From Opitutales bacterium (GTDB lineage Bacteria > Verrucomicrobiota > Verrucomicrobiia > Opitutales > UBA2987), in assembly GCA_965226885.1 (NCBI GenBank), contig CBDDEL010000015.1:256001-320000 (forward strand): a DNA stretch of 64,000 nt, read 5' to 3'. This document shows positions 31,524 through 41,218 of the stretch, in pieces (position 1 is the first letter of the stretch; each line of letters begins with the position of its first letter). Made by a program: the position numbers and the translations under genes. Below the pieces are notes generated by a model, which was not told the origin of the DNA, did not search any database, and saw only the letters and a program-made list of their open reading frames with translations.

Positions 31524-32939
31524 ATGATCGGCGGAAGGAAAGTTTTCCAGTCATTTATCGGGCTTTACTCGATTATTTTTCTGCTCGTATTTATCGGGCT
31601 GGCGGTTTTCGCAGTACAGGATTACCTGAGAAAAGATGAAACACCGGCCATTGAAAGAACAGTAATTTCCTCAACAGATCAAGGCGACCAGACGCAATTA
31701 GTTGAGCAAGAGTCAGTTACGGCAATCGTTGAGGTTGCCGACGAATCTCCCACACCCGCGGCCATAGAAAATCCGGCTGCAAGGTCCAAGCGGGGGGAAT
31801 CGCTTTTCAATGCTAACTGCGCCGCCTGCCACCAATTGGGGGCCGAGGGCAAAGTCGGGTTCGCACCCAGCATCCGCAACCGGGATTTTCTTGCTTTAGC
31901 CTCTGACGATTTTATTAAAAAAACGATCAAAGGCGGCCGTCCGGGGACGGCCATGCCGCCGAGGCCGGACCTTTCCGATTACCAAATCGACGGTATTGTG
32001 GCATATTTGCGGTCTTTGCCGGTGAGCAATCCGGTGGTAATCGAGGTCGATCCCCATAAGTCCTACATTGGCAATACGGAGGCCGGCAAAACCTCATTCA
32101 ATACTTATTGCGCCGCCTGCCACGGAGAGGAGGGTCGCGGATATTCCGACGGCGTTCCGGGCCCCGGCATTGGGCTGCCCGGTTTTCTGGGAGTGGCCTC
32201 CGATGATTTCATTTTTCAAACGCTCAAGCATGGCCGCATCAGAACGCCCATGAAGCCTTTTATTGGTGATCGCGGAGTGGCCAATTTGTCCGTAGAAGAA
32301 GCTTCCGACATCATCACCTATTTGAGAAGCCTGCAAACGGTGGAAAAAGGCGCGGTGGCAACTTTTACCGGAGCGGGCGATCCGAATAAAGGAGAGGAAC
32401 ATTTCAATATCAACTGCTCGGCTTGCCACCAGTTGGGCGGGGTGGGCAAGATCGGGTTTGCACCCAGCATCCGCAACCGCGATTTTCTGGCCATCGCCTC
32501 GAATGATTTCATTAAACAAACAGTGAGTGAGGGACGGCCCGGCACGGCCATGGTGGCTCGGCCCGATTTGAGTGAGAAAATCCTGGCCGACATCATTGCT
32601 TATTTGAGGGCTTTACCGGTGGCAAACGAAGTGCGCAATTCCGTCGATTCCAACACCGTCTTCAATGGCGATGAAGAAGCGGGCCAGGGCAAGTTCGAGG
32701 TTTTTTGCGCCGCCTGCCACGGCCCCAAGGGCGAAGGATATGCCGCCGGCGGTTCCGGTCCGGGAATCGGGCTGCCCGGTTTCTTAAAAGTCGCCTCCGA
32801 CGACTATATTTACCAAACTCTCAAGCATGGCCGGGTGGGAACTCCCATGAAATCCTTTATGGGCTCGGAGGGCGTGGCCAATTTAACCGATCAGGACGTT
32901 TACGACATCACCACCTATTTGCGAAGCCTGCCTAATTAA
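31524..32939 (+). CDS. Membrane-anchored tetrahaem cytochrome c (four class I domains)
   Basis: N-terminal TM; CAACH, CAACH, CSACH, CAACH, each followed by a Met motif (GTAM, TPMK); internal two-fold repeat. Confidence 0.9.
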   Translation: MIGGRKVFQSFIGLYSIIFLLVFIGLAVFAVQDYLRKDETPAIERTVISSTDQGDQTQLVEQESVTAIVEVADESPTPAAIENPAARSKRGESLFNANCAACHQLGAEGKVGFAPSIRNRDFLALASDDFIKKTIKGGRPGTAMPPRPDLSDYQIDGIVAYLRSLPVSNPVVIEVDPHKSYIGNTEAGKTSFNTYCAACHGEEGRGYSDGVPGPGIGLPGFLGVASDDFIFQTLKHGRIRTPMKPFIGDRGVANLSVEEASDIITYLRSLQTVEKGAVATFTGAGDPNKGEEHFNINCSACHQLGGVGKIGFAPSIRNRDFLAIASNDFIKQTVSEGRPGTAMVARPDLSEKILADIIAYLRALPVANEVRNSVDSNTVFNGDEEAGQGKFEVFCAACHGPKGEGYAAGGSGPGIGLPGFLKVASDDYIYQTLKHGRVGTPMKSFMGSEGVANLTDQDVYDITTYLRSLPN

Positions 32940-32966
32940 AACTGTTAGAAAATTGAGGAAAAAACA

Positions 32967-35585
32967 ATGAAGAGGCGCTCTTTCATGAAATACACCGCGG
33001 CCACTGCCGCTTTGACCGGGGTTACCAAAACCGGCTGGACCGTGCCGGCTGGAGACGGCCCCTATGAACTGGAAAAGAAGGATGCCGAGACTGATATTCT
33101 TTCCGCCTGCCCCTATTGCGGGGTGGGCTGCGGCACCATCATTAAAACCCGCAACGGCCGTATAACAAACATCGTGCCAGACAAAGATCATCCGACCAAC
33201 AAAGGGCTGCAATGCATCAAGGGCCTCACTTCCGCCGAGGCTATTTATGTCAACCGGCTGGACACGCCGCTGATTCGAAAGGACATGTCCGATCCGCTGC
33301 GGGGCAAGGTTTCGCAGACCAAGGGCTCCTACGATCCGAGCCTGTTTCACAAAACCACTTGGGAAGAAGCCGAAGAGCTGATCGCCGACCAGGTAACGGA
33401 AATTATTCAGGAGACCGGGGGCAACTCGGTCGGGCTCTACGGCTCCGGCCAATTGTCTTTGGAGGGACAATACCTGGAAAATATATTCATGAAGGGGATC
33501 ATAGGTTCCAACACCATTGAGGCCAATGCCCGCATGTGCATGACTTCTGCCGTGACCGGCTATTTCAAGTCCCTCGGTTCTGACACCCCGCCGACTTCCT
33601 ACGATGATATCGAACTGGCAGATATGATAACTTTTTGGGGGCATAACGCGCGGGGCTCTCATCCCATTCTGTTCTGGCGGGTGGCCGATTACAAAGCGAA
33701 AGCGAATATTCCCACGTTGGTGGTGGATCCACGTAGAACGGGCACGGTGCGGGGGCTGGAGGATATCAACCGCTTCAACAGTCACCATTTCTCGACCATC
33801 AACGGCGACATCTCCATCCACAACGCCTTGGCTTACGCCATCATGGAAAAATACCCCGATGCGGTAGCCTGGGATTTCCTTAAAAACTACACCGCCGGCT
33901 GGGAAAAGTATGTCGAAGAGGTCAAGAGCGGCTACAACCCCGAAGATGTCGTAGACCGCACCATGATCCCCCCCGAGAATATTTACGAAGTGGCCAAGCT
34001 GTGGGCCGAAGCCAGCATCAAAGGACGGCGAAGGGGCTCCGGGGGAGTGTTGTCCATTTGGGCCATTGGCTACAACCAACACCTGCACGGCCAGCACAAC
34101 ACCATGGGCCTGGTCAACCTGATGGCTCTGACCGGAAACATCGGCCGACCGGGCTGCGGGCCCCACTCGCAAACCGGCCAGCCCAACGCCATGGGCGAAC
34201 GGCTGACGGGCGGCCTGACCGGGCGACTGCCTTTTAATGAAGGAATTAAAAACGTCAAGCATCGCAAATGGGTGGCCTCCCAATGGGGAATTCAGGAGGC
34301 GCGCCTGGCCCAGGTGGCCGAGATGTCCAATACCGGCATGGCGGTGGGCATGATGGAGCGCGCACTCAAAGGCGAAGTGAAAGCCATGTTCCTCATCTAC
34401 GCCACACACATCGACCTGCCCGACACCTACAACCTGTCACGGCCCGCATTGACCAAAATGTTTACCGTGGTGCAGGAAATTTATCGGGATGCGCCCAATA
34501 ATCTGTATGCCGACGTTATCCTTCCCGCGGCGACATGGGGCGAATGGGTAAGCGGCATCTACGTGCAGTCCGAACGTCGACTCTATGTCTGCGATGGAAC
34601 GGCCAACCCGGTAAAAGGCTGCCGGCCAGACATGGATATGGTCATCGACAAGGGAAAAATGATCGGCCGAAGATTGGGCCTGGACGTCGATAAAATTTTT
34701 CCTTACGAGCGCAAGGAAAACGGTTTTTACGATCCCGAAGAAGTTTTTCGCGATTTTCTGCGCGCCTCCAAAGGCACCGATGCGGACCTGACCGGCATCC
34801 TCGAAGTGGAAAAGGAAACAGGAAAATCGCCCTATGAACAAATCCGCGAACTGCGGGGTATTCAGTGGCCGCCGCCGACCGCGGCCATCGCGCGGGCGGG
34901 CGGCACCAAGCGCCGCTACATGGGGCAGGAGGAATACTGGCCGGGCAAGCCTTATGGGGAATTCCGGCATGCGGATGGCAAGCTACACATCCACATGTGC
35001 CACCAGGATTACACGAATTACAAGGAGATTACGGACGAATTGAGCAAAGCCGGAACCGATCCCGATTATTACATGATCGATCATTACGATATCCTGATAA
35101 AGGCTCGCGACGCGGGCCTCACCCCGGAATTGCCGAATTTCGACCAGCTTGCCAAAAAAGTAGGGGAATGCCCCAAGGACAAATACCCTTTCTGGTGGGC
35201 CACGGGCGTCGTTTATGAGCATTTTCACACCTCGAAAACCATTCGGGCTGGAACGACTCGAAAACTGGTCCCCGAAATGTATGTGGAAATGCATCCCGAC
35301 GATGCAGCGGAACTGGGCGTTAAAGACGGCCAATGGGTCAAGATCACGACCCGGCGCGGCTCGGTTGAGGCGCGGGTCTCGATCGGGCTTGACTCAGTCG
35401 TCAAACCGGCCCGCAACACCGTTCCAAAGGGCTTTTTATTCAGCCCCTGGAATCTTTCTGTGGCCGATTCGGCCGATCCAAAGAAAAACAAATGGCTGGC
35501 AAATGGGACAACCCACAGGGCATTCGATCCGGTATCCGGACAGGCGGATTTTAAAAAATGCGCCGCCCGGGTCGAATTGATCTGA
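32967..35585 (+). CDS. Tat-exported molybdopterin oxidoreductase, NapA/NasA-like nitrate reductase catalytic subunit
   Basis: MKRRSFMK Tat motif; CPYCGVGCG...CIKG; YGSGQ; NARMCMTSAV; TGQPNAMG; EMHPDDA. Confidence 0.85.
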   Translation: MKRRSFMKYTAATAALTGVTKTGWTVPAGDGPYELEKKDAETDILSACPYCGVGCGTIIKTRNGRITNIVPDKDHPTNKGLQCIKGLTSAEAIYVNRLDTPLIRKDMSDPLRGKVSQTKGSYDPSLFHKTTWEEAEELIADQVTEIIQETGGNSVGLYGSGQLSLEGQYLENIFMKGIIGSNTIEANARMCMTSAVTGYFKSLGSDTPPTSYDDIELADMITFWGHNARGSHPILFWRVADYKAKANIPTLVVDPRRTGTVRGLEDINRFNSHHFSTINGDISIHNALAYAIMEKYPDAVAWDFLKNYTAGWEKYVEEVKSGYNPEDVVDRTMIPPENIYEVAKLWAEASIKGRRRGSGGVLSIWAIGYNQHLHGQHNTMGLVNLMALTGNIGRPGCGPHSQTGQPNAMGERLTGGLTGRLPFNEGIKNVKHRKWVASQWGIQEARLAQVAEMSNTGMAVGMMERALKGEVKAMFLIYATHIDLPDTYNLSRPALTKMFTVVQEIYRDAPNNLYADVILPAATWGEWVSGIYVQSERRLYVCDGTANPVKGCRPDMDMVIDKGKMIGRRLGLDVDKIFPYERKENGFYDPEEVFRDFLRASKGTDADLTGILEVEKETGKSPYEQIRELRGIQWPPPTAAIARAGGTKRRYMGQEEYWPGKPYGEFRHADGKLHIHMCHQDYTNYKEITDELSKAGTDPDYYMIDHYDILIKARDAGLTPELPNFDQLAKKVGECPKDKYPFWWATGVVYEHFHTSKTIRAGTTRKLVPEMYVEMHPDDAAELGVKDGQWVKITTRRGSVEARVSIGLDSVVKPARNTVPKGFLFSPWNLSVADSADPKKNKWLANGTTHRAFDPVSGQADFKKCAARVELI

Positions 35586-35592
35586 AATAGAT

Positions 35593-36246
35593 GTGCCTCA
35601 GGGTTCTGATGGATTGATTAACATACTAAAAAAGAAAATAAATCGGCAGAATTTTATAAAAACATTTTTGATGGGAGCGGTTATCCCCGTTTTTTTCCCA
35701 TTACTGGAATTACTGCCGAAAGGTTCGCGTTTTAAGAAATTCCTTCGCCCCCCTGGAGCGAAGCCGGAGGAGGAGTTTCTGCGCGACTGCATCGGTTGCG
35801 GGCAGTGCGCCAATGTCTGCCCCAACAAATGCATCACCCTCTACGGTTTGGAGGGAGTCCTGGAAAACCTGGCCACGCCAAAAATCAATGCCCGGGCCAA
35901 GGGGTGCATCCTTTGTATGGCCTGCACCCAAGTCTGCCCAACGGCGGCGCTGGAAAAACTGGAACCCACTCCCGAAGGCATGCAGGCCGTGGCCATGGGA
36001 ACGGCATTTGTTGCGGAGGATATATGTTACTCCTTTGCCGGGCGAACTTGCGGCGTCTGTTACCACGCTTGCCCTCTGCCGGGGAAAGCAATAACCTTGG
36101 GTTTGTTCGAGCAGCCCCATGTACATGCCGAATATTGCGTTGGCTGCGGGCTTTGCGAGCAGGCCTGCGTCCACATGCCCCAAGCCATTCGGGTGGTTCC
36201 CACGGCCCACTTAAGGGAGCTTGAAATGAAGGAGGCTTCTAGCTAA
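35593..36246 (+). CDS. NapG/MauM-family ferredoxin
   Basis: LRPPGA, CIGCGQCANVCP, CVGCGLCEQAC. Confidence 0.85.
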   Translation: MPQGSDGLINILKKKINRQNFIKTFLMGAVIPVFFPLLELLPKGSRFKKFLRPPGAKPEEEFLRDCIGCGQCANVCPNKCITLYGLEGVLENLATPKINARAKGCILCMACTQVCPTAALEKLEPTPEGMQAVAMGTAFVAEDICYSFAGRTCGVCYHACPLPGKAITLGLFEQPHVHAEYCVGCGLCEQACVHMPQAIRVVPTAHLRELEMKEASS

Positions 36247-36250
36247 AGCG

Positions 36251-37191
36251 ATGAAGCAGGGAAAAATATTGGTGATTCTATCGATTCTAACCCGATTTTC
36301 GGTGATTGGTCTGCTGTGCACCCTGGCTCTGCTGACCGAATACAATAATTTGAAAATCGCCTACAATCATCCCCGGCTCGTTGAATTGAGTTCGGGTAAT
36401 TGAGTTCGGGTAAAACAATGCGTGTCTTTTACGAAGCGACAGAATCCTTTTTCTCACTCTTCGGAGACCCTGCTGAGATGGCACGGCGCAATGGCGGCAT
36501 GACTTGGTCGATCCGACTCATGGGGGTTCCCTTCACCGATCCGGTGGCGGCGCTTTCGGTCCTGACCAAAAGCCGGCGCTGGGAGCTTGGTTTCGCCCTC
36601 GGTCTGGTTGCACCGCTGAGCCTGGCTTTAATTTTCGGACGAGTATTTTGCTCCTATATTTGCCCGGCTTCGCTACTCTTTTTTGCCATTGCCCGGCTGA
36701 GAAGGGTCTTGGGTAAATTTTTCTATTTTCCCGAGGTTTCAATACATCATGGATTTGCCTGGGGGATTCTCTCGGGTGGGTTGGCTGCGGCAGTCTGGCT
36801 GGGGCATGGCCTCTGGTCGCTCATACTGCCTTATTTTGCCCTCGGGCAAACCCTCTTTCAGGGCATCGCCTTCGGTACTTTATCTTTAACCCTCGGCAGT
36901 TTGATCGTCTTTTCGGTTCTCGACCTTGGCCTGGGCCGGCAATTTACCTGCCGCTATGTCTGCCCCACGGGCCGACTGCTGGGTTTTCTTGGCCGAAGGT
37001 CGCTGGTCTCAATCCAGCGCGACGCCCTCCAATGCCTCGACTCCTGCCAAGCCTGTGTTGATGTCTGTCCGATGAAAGTGAACCCAAAAAAGGACGAAAC
37101 CGTAGATTGTTCTCTCTGCGGAGAATGCCTGGTTATCTGCCCCACTCATTGCCTGAGCATTGGCCCGCGCAACCGGAAAACAAACTCATGA
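36251..37191 (+). pseudogene. NapH/MauN-family membrane ferredoxin frameshifted by a 14-bp duplication
   Basis: ATG at 36251; removing one aattgagttcgggt gives a single 308-aa ORF with GRVFCSYICP, CRYVCP, CQACVDVCP, CSLCGECLVICP. Confidence 0.85.
36384..36411. repeat. Perfect 14-bp tandem duplication
   Basis: aattgagttcgggt x2. Confidence 0.9.
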
Positions 37192-37811
37192 AAATTACAC
37201 GAAAAACGATCTTATCACTTCTTGCGGCTACTTTATTATTAGCCTTCCCCCTCCCGGCCAAGGCCCACCACTTCAAGGGCTTGCCGCATTATAACTATTT
37301 TGAAAATTATCCGCAGGTTCCGGATGATGAATTCCTGTGACAGGAGGGCGAATATGAGTTTTCACTGGTTGTTTACGATTTCCAGGGCATTCAGAAGGAA
37401 AATGTGGAACAACCCGACAACGTGCGGCTATTCCTGGTTATTTTCAACCTGCTGGGCAACTCTGTTTACAACGGGGCGGCAACCCTCGAAATCCTTGATG
37501 GAAAAGAGGTTGTAGCCTCCAGTTACGAGGAAACTTCGGAATTGGAGAACCTGTATTCGCTGCACCGCAACCTGCCCGGAACGGGCAATTACTCTCTGCG
37601 GGTCACACTGCATGATGAGGATGATTTGGCCACGGTCATTCCTTTCCGGTTGTCCTCGCAAAAAATCCATTGGGGCAAATGGGTGGGACTGGCTATAATC
37701 GGTTTAATCGCCGTGGCAGCAGTGGGGGCCAGAAAAAAAAGGATCGCCCTGGATCGAAGAGCCGGAGCAAAAGCGCGGCGGCAAGACATAAAGGACGCAC
37801 CCCATGGATAA
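37188..37811 (+). pseudogene. Exported, C-terminally anchored hypothetical protein with in-frame TGA (37338-37340)
   Basis: ATGA overlap with napH-like stop; signal peptide ...AKA-HH; DEFL*QEGEY continues in frame to a C-terminal TM. Confidence 0.75.
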
Positions 37812-39381
37812 ACATATGAATCATGAAGGTATGGCCATGGACATGTCCATGGCCGAGACCGCTGCGGGAGAAGCTCCCCATGTCATGCCGGGAATACCGC
37901 TCTGGATGGCCATAACGGGCATCGTTTTAATTATAGCGCTTTCTCACCTACTGCTGCTTCGTAAAAAAAACCCGGCCTTGGAACGGGATTTTTGGAAATT
38001 CGACCTATTGCGATTCAAACCGTTGCAGCACCTGGTGGAAAAATCTTATTTCCCCCTGCTGGCCCAATCGCTCTCGGTCTTTCTATTCCTATTGATCCTG
38101 GCGGCAGGTTTATTCGGAAACCCTCGTAACAATATCGCGCCCGCGCTGACCTGGACCTGGTGGTGGGCGCTGCTGATCTTCATGGTCCTCGGTTTTGGCA
38201 AAATTTTTTGCACTATTTGCCCCTGGGAAGCCATCTCCACGATGGTCACTTCGCTCTCCCTGAAATCGAGGGTTAAAAAACTTGGCTACGAGTATCGGTG
38301 GCCCAAATGGGCCCGGAATATATTTCCGGCCATCATCTTTTTCATCGTGTTGACCTGGTTCGAGCTGGGCAACGATATCACCCGCTCCGGGACCGCTACG
38401 GCCACTTTGGGCCTGGTTATGGTGGGCATGGCGGTTATTTCGGCGATTTATTTTGAGAGGCGGGCTTTTTGCCGTTACGGTTGTCTGGTGGGCCGCATCA
38501 GTGGGCTCTACGCTTTGTTCAGCCCTCTCGAGTTGCGGGCCCGGTCGGCAGAGATTTGTGCCAGCTGCACGACCAAAGACTGCTATAAAGGCAATGAAGT
38601 CCACACCGGCTGCCCGACGTTTCTCTTTCCCAGCAAATTGCAGGAAAATACTTACTGCACCCTCTGCACGGAGTGCGTGCGCTCCTGCCCGCATGAAAAT
38701 ATCGGGATCAACCTGCGACCTCTGGCGGCCGATCTTTTTGGCAAAGTGAAATTTCAGTGGGACGAATCCATCCTGGCCGTCGTCCTGCTGGCCTTGACCA
38801 GTTTTCACGGTGTCACCATGACCCCCATGTGGAGGCACCTAAACGACCTTCTGCGGGTGGAAACCAGCCTGGGGCCGACCCTTTGTTTCACCATTCTGAT
38901 GGCGCTGATGCTTTTGCTGCCATTGCTGATTTTTTGGTATGGCGCCAAGGCCGCTTCGGCCCTGACAAGGGATGCGGGTGTTACCACTGCGGATATTTTC
39001 AAGGCCTTTACCTATTCTCTGATACCGCTCGCCCTGTTTTACCATTTGGCGCACAATTCCATGCATTTCTTTCGGGAAGCGCAAAACCTGCTGCCTGTAT
39101 TGAGCGATCCCTTCGGTTACGGCTGGAATCTTTTCGGAACTGCGCACAAGGAATACGGGCCGTTGCTTTCCATGCGAGCCATCTGGTATATGCAACTGGC
39201 ATTCATCTTGATCGGCCATCTTTATGGGGTTCTTATTGCGGATCGTATTGCCAGAACACTATTTAATAACACCAGAGATGTTTTCAGAAGCCTGATCCCT
39301 CTTCTACTGACAATGATCCTCTATTCGGCCTTTAGCATCTGGTTGATTGCCCAGCCCATGGAAATGCGAACCGGAATGTAG
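37804..39381 (+). CDS. Polytopic membrane 4Fe-4S protein (NapH/CcoG-like polyferredoxin)
   Basis: FCTICPW, RAFCRYGC, CTLCTECVRSCP, many TMs, Met/His-rich N-terminus. Confidence 0.8.
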   Translation: MDKHMNHEGMAMDMSMAETAAGEAPHVMPGIPLWMAITGIVLIIALSHLLLLRKKNPALERDFWKFDLLRFKPLQHLVEKSYFPLLAQSLSVFLFLLILAAGLFGNPRNNIAPALTWTWWWALLIFMVLGFGKIFCTICPWEAISTMVTSLSLKSRVKKLGYEYRWPKWARNIFPAIIFFIVLTWFELGNDITRSGTATATLGLVMVGMAVISAIYFERRAFCRYGCLVGRISGLYALFSPLELRARSAEICASCTTKDCYKGNEVHTGCPTFLFPSKLQENTYCTLCTECVRSCPHENIGINLRPLAADLFGKVKFQWDESILAVVLLALTSFHGVTMTPMWRHLNDLLRVETSLGPTLCFTILMALMLLLPLLIFWYGAKAASALTRDAGVTTADIFKAFTYSLIPLALFYHLAHNSMHFFREAQNLLPVLSDPFGYGWNLFGTAHKEYGPLLSMRAIWYMQLAFILIGHLYGVLIADRIARTLFNNTRDVFRSLIPLLLTMILYSAFSIWLIAQPMEMRTGM

Positions 39382-39395
39382 CTTTTAAGGTCACC

Positions 39396-39971
39396 ATGAA
39401 CACAAAAATCACAAGAAGGCAGCTATTCAGGCTCAGGCTCTCCGATCTTTCGGATCTGGTTTTTGAAAAGGAAGAAGAGAAACGAGAACAAGCGCAAATG
39501 GAAATATTTCGCCCGCCCGGAGCGCTGAAGAAGGAGGCGGACTTTCTGGCTCTTTGCGAAGGCTGCCCGTTGTGCTCGAAAGCCTGCCCCTACGATTCGA
39601 TCCATCATCTCGGGCCCGCCGCCGGCGCTCTGGAGGGAACTCCCGCCCTCGAGCCAAATATATATGCCTGCCGGTGGTGCCCGGATATGCCCTGTATCCA
39701 TTCCTGCCCGACCGGGGCTCTGGCCTTGGACTCCGAAAACAAAATAGCGCCCATGGGAAAGGCAGTCCTCAACCTGGAAACCTGCCTGACGACCGAGGGC
39801 ATTATCTGCGACCGGTGCGCGGTCACCTGCCCCCCAGATATCAAAGCCATTATAATGCACAACCGAAAACCGGTTCTTGACGAAGAAAAATGCGTTGGCT
39901 GCGGCTTGTGCGTTCTTTATTGCGAATCCACCCCTGTTTCCATAAAAATCGTGCCAGCATTAGAACATTAA
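39396..39971 (+). CDS. NapF/NapG-like ferredoxin
   Basis: TRRQLF without an h-region, RPPGA, four Cys clusters including CVGCGLCVLYC. Confidence 0.8.
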   Translation: MNTKITRRQLFRLRLSDLSDLVFEKEEEKREQAQMEIFRPPGALKKEADFLALCEGCPLCSKACPYDSIHHLGPAAGALEGTPALEPNIYACRWCPDMPCIHSCPTGALALDSENKIAPMGKAVLNLETCLTTEGIICDRCAVTCPPDIKAIIMHNRKPVLDEEKCVGCGLCVLYCESTPVSIKIVPALEH

Positions 39972-39984
39972 ATCTTGCCCTGAA

Positions 39985-40494
39985 ATGAAATCCACAAACG
40001 TCCAAATCCATGCCATATACCTATCGCTGGGACACGATTTCAAAGGACATTATGGCAAGCCCCGAGGGAACCACCGGATAGATCGCGTCGAAGAGGCGCG
40101 ATTGGTGGCCGGCCAAGGCATCAAGGGTGATCGTTATTTCGGACACAAGGAAAATTTCAAAGGTCAGGCCACTTTTTTTGATTGGTCGGTATTTCAAAAG
40201 GCAAAAGAGCAATTCAATCTTCCGGAATTATTGCCGGAGTCGTTCCGGAGAAATATTTTAATGGAAGGCGTTGATCTCAACGATCTGATAGGCAAGCAAT
40301 TTGAAATTTCGGGAATCCTTTTTGAAGGAACCGAGGAATGCAGCCCCTGTTACTAGATGGACCAGGAAGTGGCCTCGGGCCTGGAGGAATTTATGCAAAA
40401 CCGAGGGGGATTGAGGGTGCGCATCTTGCGGGATGGAATCCTCCACACGGGCCGAACCCGCCTGATTTTACCGGAAACGACCCTCCATCGCTGA
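39985..40494 (+). pseudogene. MOSC-domain protein with in-frame TAG (40354-40356)
   Basis: GIKGDRY, FRRNI, ECSPCY*MDQ...RGGLRVRILRDG in one frame. Confidence 0.85.
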
Positions 40495-40633
40495 CGGTCT
40501 ATCAATAGAGATTCTTTTGTTGTTTTCAAAGGGCCCGGAATTTTGTAAACATTAGCATTTCGACTCAAAAATGGTTGCAAACTTGCAATCATCAATGCAG
40601 TGAACCCCCCGTTGCATGGCAAGAACCTAGCCC

Positions 40634-41215
40634 ATGATTATTTTAATTGCTGAAGACGATCTGCTTTCGCGAAAGCTTCTCACGGCCACCCTGGAAAAAC
40701 TGGGCCACCAGGTTGACTCCTTTGACAACGGAGAAGATGCCTGGAACGCCCACAATAAAATGCCCTATCGGATTATTGTCAGCGACTGGCTCATGCCAAA
40801 GCTGGACGGGCTCGATTTTTGCCGGAAAGTGCGAACCAGGGAAAAGACCGAATACACTTATTTTATACTGCTGTCTGCCAATGTGCAGGGAAAAGAATCC
40901 TACATGGAAGCGATGGAGGCAGGGATCGATGATTTTCTGGCCAAACCCCTTGATAGAGACCAGATATGGATGCGCCTCAGGGTGGCGGAGCGAATATTGA
41001 AGTACTCCACCCAGATTACTCACCTTGAGAGCATGCTGCCAATTTGTTCCTACTGTAAAAAAGTGAGAGATGACAATAACTACTGGCAACAGGTGGAAAC
41101 TTATATCGGCCGGAAAATCGGCGCCAATTTAAGCCATAGCGTTTGCCCTAACTGTTACGAAAAAGTCGTTATACCTCAACTTGAAGAAATGAAGAATTTG
41201 CAAAAAGAGGGCTGA
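40634..41215 (+). CDS. Response regulator with C-terminal Cys/His motif domain
   Basis: AEDD, SDWLMP, LAKP; LPICSYCKK...SHSVCPNC. Confidence 0.88.
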   Translation: MIILIAEDDLLSRKLLTATLEKLGHQVDSFDNGEDAWNAHNKMPYRIIVSDWLMPKLDGLDFCRKVRTREKTEYTYFILLSANVQGKESYMEAMEAGIDDFLAKPLDRDQIWMRLRVAERILKYSTQITHLESMLPICSYCKKVRDDNNYWQQVETYIGRKIGANLSHSVCPNCYEKVVIPQLEEMKNLQKEG

Positions 41216-41218
41216 GGC

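Noticed and set aside
32883..34409. 508-aa minus-strand ORF
   Set aside because: Antisense shadow of the Mo-enzyme gene with no recognisable motifs
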